A DNA stretch of 64,000 bases from Phyllosticta citribraziliensis (Eukaryota): the NCBI RefSeq assembly GCF_038025025.1, contig NW_027117341.1, forward strand, positions 806,001-870,000, read 5' to 3'. Each line of letters starts with the position of its first letter. The stretch's first letter is position 1. A program made the translations under genes and the position numbers. Below the pieces are notes generated by a model that searched no databases, was not told where the DNA came from, and saw nothing but the letters and a program-made list of their open reading frames with translations. Shown one piece after another: positions 58,296 through 64,000 of this stretch.

Positions 58296-61031
58296 TCAGC
58301 CATCTTCAACAACCGTATCATCCTCAGCAGCGGTCTCATCTTTCTCACTACACCCACCAACCTTCTCCACCTCACCATCAGCCTCAGCCTCAGCCTCAGC
58401 CTTGGCCCCGTCGACCTCTCCTCCGCCCTTCTCCTGCTCCTCCTCCCTCTCCGCCAAGCTCTTCAAAAACCGATCCAAACTCGCACACAGCTTATCAAGC
58501 ACAAACTCGGCCTCCATCTTGCCACTGACCATGGGGCTATCATCGCCAATCCAGTCCCAATCGACGAGGCTGGCTTCGGCGTCCACGACCTCGTCGTCGG
58601 GCGCATCGGCCGTCTCGCCCGCCCCGAACCGGATCAGCCGCGTGAACTCGACCCAGTCTTCGTACGAGTACTTTGTCTCGCGCTCGGCTTTGAGGTCGTT
58701 GGCGACGCGCCGGATGGCGTGGGCGAGGCGGCGCGAGAGAGAGGCGTTGGACTGCGTTGCGGGCGAGGAGGCGGCGAGCTCGGACAGGCTGGGGGCGGCC
58801 GAGGGCGAAGAGGAGCTGGTGGATGACGATGCGGCGAACGTTGCGCTTCCGGCGTCGGACTCTGCTGCGTTGATGTTGCTGTTGGTGTTGTCGTCGCCCA
58901 TGGTCGACTCGTCGGGTCCGACGGGCATGACGCCGCGCCTGACGCGCTTGTTCGCCGCGCGCCGCTGCAGCCACGCCAGCAGCCACGGATGGCGCTCGAG
59001 GAACTCGCGCCAGATGCCGTACTTGGGGAGGACGGTGAACTCGGCCAGGCGGTCCGAGTTGCGCTTGAAGCCCGAGATGACCGTGTCTGACATGTCCGAG
59101 ATGAGCGTCGTCATGGTGGGCACGGCGACGAGCGACCACACGACGAAGAAGGGCCGCCCTGCGTTGCTCTTGGGCGCCAGGTCGCCGTAGCCAATGGTTA
59201 GCAGCGACACGTAACAGAAGTAGAGTGCTTGGAAGTATGTCATGCCCTGCGTGTCCTGCTCCGCTTGCCAGAAGACGACGGCACCCATCAGCCACAGTAT
59301 CCCGAAGGCGAGGATGGAGAGCGTCAGCGCTGTCCACCGCCGGAAGTTTGCCGTGCGTTGTTGGATCTTGCGCATCGTGTCGAACCGGTCCTTCTCCTCG
59401 CGAAGCAGCAGTATCTTGGGCTTTCGCGGGCGCACCGCTTGCGGAACGGAAATGCTCTGGATGCTCTTGATGACGTTGAGATTGACCATCGTGTTCAGGC
59501 TTCGTTGCGTGGGGATGCGGGTCGCAGCGGAGCGGTCGACGGGGTTGAAAGGGGCAGATATCTGCGGTCGTTGAGACGACCTCCTCTCTGCCTGTCGACG
59601 GCGCAGTTCAAACGACGACGAGACGGTGCGGTCGACTGTGCGCATGCGAATCTTGTTCAGGTGTTTCTTGATGACTTCATCCTTGCCCATCTCCGAGCCG
59701 AATCTGTAAATGCTGCTGATGACCAGACCGAGCATGATGATGCCGCCGACGGAAAAGGGGAAGACGAGGCCGCGCGCGGCGTCGCAGGTAGGATATGCAT
59801 CGCCAAAGCCGACGGTGAGGATGGTGACGTCGCAGAAGTAGAGGCCCTGGACGAAGGACCAGTTTTTCTCACCGTATAGCGACTCGAGCCGCGCGAAGAC
59901 GGCCCCGCCGCCTGCTAGCCAAACGAAAAATAGCATCGTCTGCACAATCAGCATCCGCTGCGACTCGGTCAAAATGAGCTTCTGTGGGTAGTGACCCCGC
60001 CAGTAGCCGACCATGTTGATCATGAGCAGCATGGAGCAAATGCAATACATGATTGCGGCCATGACGCCGTACCAGTAGCCCTCGGTGTATGTCTGGTCTG
60101 GTCGGTTTGGTGGGACGTAAATTTCCATGCTCGCAAGAATGGCAGTAAGCTGTGCGTTTTAGCTTCTCTCAAAGTAGCGAAGCGGGATGGAAGTGTTCTT
60201 ACAAAGCCAGTTGCGAAATACCACAGAATAATAGTCACTGGAAGTGCAATGATGTATCGGACTCGCTGGGTAAAGTTCATCAAGAGGAAGATGTTACCAA
60301 CAAAACCGCATATCAGAGAGGCCGCGTTGATCCAAAAACACCTGGGTAAATCATCAGTATGTTCTCGTCGCTACCCGTCGGACGAGCAGAACTTCCAAAA
60401 GCATGGCCAACGATGAGAAACGACTTAAGAAAGACGCGTGCCGGAAGAGCAAGAAACAGAAAATAAGTTCATGGCCCGGATGCACAAGCCAAGGTGACGT
60501 GATTCGTTCATGCAAAATAGCCAGACCCGTCGCAACGTCGATTCGCGCAAGACCTACCATCTCGGGTCTTCAAATTCCTGTCCCTCCAACTGAGAGACCC
60601 GCTTACCATCGACAATCAAATCCATTCTCCAATATGTTACAAGGGCAGCAATCGACAGGACGTTGGCGAGGGGCCCGAGGGTGGCGGCTAGAAGGCTGTT
60701 TAGGGGTCATCGTTAGCCTCGTTCTCCTTGTGAAGCGCATTGGAAGACCAACGGGACCGCGGTACTAGCAAACCACCAGTCACTGTCGAAACATTCAGCT
60801 ACCATTTCTCTCTCGCGATGATGTGGAGTGCAAATACTATTCCTCTCGGTCGTCCCTCTTCTTCAGCTTCGCTTTCCACGTCTTCGCCTTACTTAGACTC
60901 GGCCTGCGAGCCGTTTCGGCGATGGATATTCCCGTCGGACCATCGCGTGTGGTGGGCACTGATGCCGTTGTTCTCGAATCGGACGACTTTTCTGCCTCCG
61001 CGACAGACATCGTTGCGTTATCTGAAGACAT
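58296..61031 (-). CDS. TOK1: TOK1-type two-pore-domain outward-rectifying K+ channel
   Basis: Pore signatures TILTVGFGD and LLTIGYGD, and N-terminal WWFASTAVPLLAATLGPLANVLSIAAL. Four introns in the 5' part, including a 30-nt exon at 60753-60782. Confidence 0.9.
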
Positions 61032-61596
61032 GATCGCGGGGAATCATGGTGTTTCGGGGGAACGTTTGAAGGAAAGCGTATTCTTGGTCGTCGAAGATTT
61101 AAGGCCAGACATGTCAGAGGGCGCCTGGTGGTGTCCAAAAAAGACCTGCAGCCAGGACAAGGCGCTGCGCTTATCGACAGAGTAAAGAGTCCAACAAAAG
61201 GAGTGTTGGTGAGTGGTGTGCGGTGCAAGAGACGCGGCAATCCCAAAGTCCGGGTTAGTGCTAAAGCAGTGTCCATGTGAGCGCGGAGAAGGGTTAGACT
61301 TTCAGCCACGCGCTCATGCTGTCAGGTCCAGATGAAGGGGACGACGGGTGCGGCGGGGCACTCTAGGCTCAACCAACGGGAATCGCCGGCGGCAGGAACT
61401 GCTCAAGAATTCTTTTTAGCTTGCGTTGAAATGTATTTCTCTTCTATTTTCGAGAATGCGCCACCGTGATTCCACACCATATTTACAGTTCTTACTGAAT
61501 TTCGATGCTAACAAGCAGTCTTCTGGCTGTTTAGCTCCCGCAGCTTCGATATGTCGCTGCGTCACTTGCTCCGACGTACATTGGACAAAAAGCCAA

Positions 61597-62701
61597 TCAC
61601 GACTGCGCCTTGATCTTCTCCGTCAACTCTGGGACCTTTTCAAACAAGTCGCCCACCAACCCCACGTCGGCGACCTGGAAGATGGGCGCATCTGCGTCCT
61701 TGTTGATAGCCGCAATGACCTTGCTGTCTTTCATACCCGCCAAGTGCTGAATGGCGCCCGAGATTCCAGCGCAAAGGTAGAGCTGCGGCGCAACATTCTT
61801 ACCCGTCTGACCAACCTGCAAGCTGTTGTCCGCAAAGCCAGAGTCTACAGCAGCGCGGGACGCTCCGATGGCAGCACCGAGGGCGTCGGCGAGAGGAGGC
61901 ATGATGCGGTCAAACTCCTCCTTGGACTTGAGGCCACGACCGCCAGAGACGACGCGACTGGCCGTGGCGAGGTCGGGACGGTCAGACTTGGCCAGGTCCT
62001 CCGAAACCCATTCCGTAGGTGCTTCCGCCTTGGGGTCAACGCCCTCCTCCAAAGCTGCGCTGCCGCCCTCGGTTTCGGCCGCGGGGAACGCGGTGCCACG
62101 GACAGTTATGACCTTGATGCTGTCGCTTGATTGTACGGTGAGAATGGCATTTCCGGCGTAGATGGGGCGGACAAAGGCTGGCTCGTCAGCACGGCTGATA
62201 CCCAAAAAAGGAAGGAATGGGCTGCTCACTGTCTTCGCTCTCAATGCCGGTAATATCTGAAATTTGTTGCGTGTCGAGGAGCGCAGCAACGCGGGGTAGC
62301 AGGTTCTTGCCGAAGGCAGAGTGGCCAGCGAGGACGTGAGTGAAGCCGCTCTTCTTGATATTCTCGACAAGCAGCGGCGCGTAGTTCTCGGGGAGTCCTT
62401 TTTCATATGCCGCATTGTCGACGTAGACAACCTTTTCCAGTCCCTTTATCTTGGCTGCTTGCTCCGCGACGGACTTGACATTGTTGCCCGCAATAAACGC
62501 AGTGACGGGACCGCCGAGTTTCTGTGCTGCCGAGACGGCGGTGAGAGAGCCGTGGTTGAGCTTGCCGTCCCTCTGTTCCAGCAGTGCCAGAGTCGAGAGT
62601 AATCTGGCGAGGAGCGAGTGCTGGTTGTGCGTAACCGGGCGGACTTGGTTGAATTGAGCGCGGGCTTGCCGCAGGGCCGTGTTGCGAGCTGCCGAGAACA
62701 T
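61597..62701 (-). CDS. etfA: Electron transfer flavoprotein alpha subunit, mitochondrial
   Basis: Mitochondrial presequence, [45 protein letters not shown]. Intron 62178-62229. Confidence 0.96.
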
Positions 62702-63196
62702 GGCTTGGGTGCGCAAAATGTGTGAGAGCGGAGAGGGAGGGTAGATGGACAGAGTCGGAGGTCGAGTGAGGCAAGAAAAGATCGGAGAGATGGTCAACAA
62801 GGTGTGAGCGACGAATGCTCCGGGGTCGGCCAGTCCCAGTCCGAGGTTATGCTCCAGAGCTTCATATGCTCCGCTATGCCGCTTTGGTCCTGGCGTCGCT
62901 TGGCGGCCGTCGCGGAGAGGCCCAGCCGCGCGCTGAAGAAGTTACGACGCAGCTCCCGTCGACCACGACCTGGACGCGCCTGGCATCACCCAACTCTTCA
63001 CCTTTCATTCGCCCGTCCCCATCCCGGCCCTCACTGCAGCTTGTCAACATCTTCAGCACGCGCTCGCGAACGTGTCCTTCTCGCCGCCGACACATCTCAA
63101 CTCGCCCGTCCGCGCGTCCGATCGCAACGTTCACACCTCGACCACCTCCAGCCACAGGGCCGTCGCGCCAAGCTCCATTCTTTTAAACAAATCACA

Positions 63197-64000
63197 ATGG
63201 CCGACGATCTGGCGGGTGCAGACACTGGCCTCCCTCCTACTCAGGAGCTTGATGCTTCTACCTCTGCAAACGAGACCAACACGGCCACTCCAGCCGCCGA
63301 AGCTCAACAAGACCAAAGTCAAGGTACGTGACGCCAGTGCTTGACAATTGGCCTCCGCGGCCACTTTGTCACTCCTTCCACGCCATAGCTCTCAAAAGTT
63401 CTCAACCAAGTCGCGTCTCCCACTGTCCTACCGTAGCTCGTTGCGTCCGACCTTGAGCATGGGGCGCAGGTTATACGGAGCAACCGCATCCATCCCATCC
63501 TCCTCAATGGCTTGTCTTGCCTGCTTGGATAGCTGCTCCATCAACATTGGTTTTGGCATCGAGGACTTGAAGCACACAAGATGCACCTGCAGCTGACTGC
63601 AACCAGACGCAGACACAGCCATGGGCGAAGACGCACCGGATGCGCCTGCGCAAAAGGACTCGGACGACACCCCCGCTCCTGTTTCCGACAATCCCCTTGA
63701 TGCTCCAGACGGACCACGGCCTGAGAACGAGGATGCCGAGGTCGCGGAAGACGAGGAGATGGGCGGCATGGAAGAACCCAAAAAAGAGACCGGGAGTCCG
63801 GAGAAGGAGGTCGGCGACACGGCAGATGCGATAGCAGAAGAGCCTGTCCAGACGAAATCTGCCCTCGAAAGCCAGGCACGCTCCCATCTCATTGCGCAAA
63901 CCCACGCCATCATCCTGCCAAGCTACAGCACTTGGTTTGACATGAACACCATCCACAACATTGAACGCAAGGCCTTGCCGGAATTTTTCAACAGCCGCAA
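63197..64000 (+). CDS. RSC8: SWI/SNF-RSC SWIRM subunit (Rsc8/Swi3/Ssr2), 5' part
   Basis: [34 protein letters not shown] marks the start of the SWIRM domain. Exon 1 63197-63323, intron 63324-63606. Truncated by the window end. Confidence 0.88.

Noticed and set aside
1..64000. CRISPR arrays, transposases, rRNA or tRNA genes
   Set aside because: Eukaryotic context; no repeat-spacer array, transposase/RT motifs or RNA-gene signatures recognised.

Overview
Fungal genomic DNA from a filamentous ascomycete (Pezizomycotina); Dothideomycete is only a guess. It has short spliceosomal introns with CTRAC branch sites and SSR-rich intergenic DNA. Conserved genes in order: eIF2-alpha, Yvc1 TRP channel, a divergent xghA (GH28)/pectin methylesterase (CE8) pair, OPT transporter, SRF1-like protein, mitochondrial K+/H+ exchange-related protein, SDR, head-to-head csmA/csmB myosin-motor chitin synthases, SGNH esterase, TOK1 K+ channel, ETF-alpha and the 5' part of an Rsc8/Swi3 gene. 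The most unusual part is an orphan island at ~16.4-24.1 kb. It holds co-oriented small genes that fall into two tandem paralogue families I cannot assign: a basic/acidic disordered family, and a ~200-aa helical family with two apparently intact copies and one decayed copy. Also notable are a short repeat family around YVC1, including an inverted copy that could fold intron 2, and an 8.5-kb gene-poor stretch after csmB with perfect Rlm1-type boxes and a hairpin. Gene models and alignments were made by eye, and no database searches were run.
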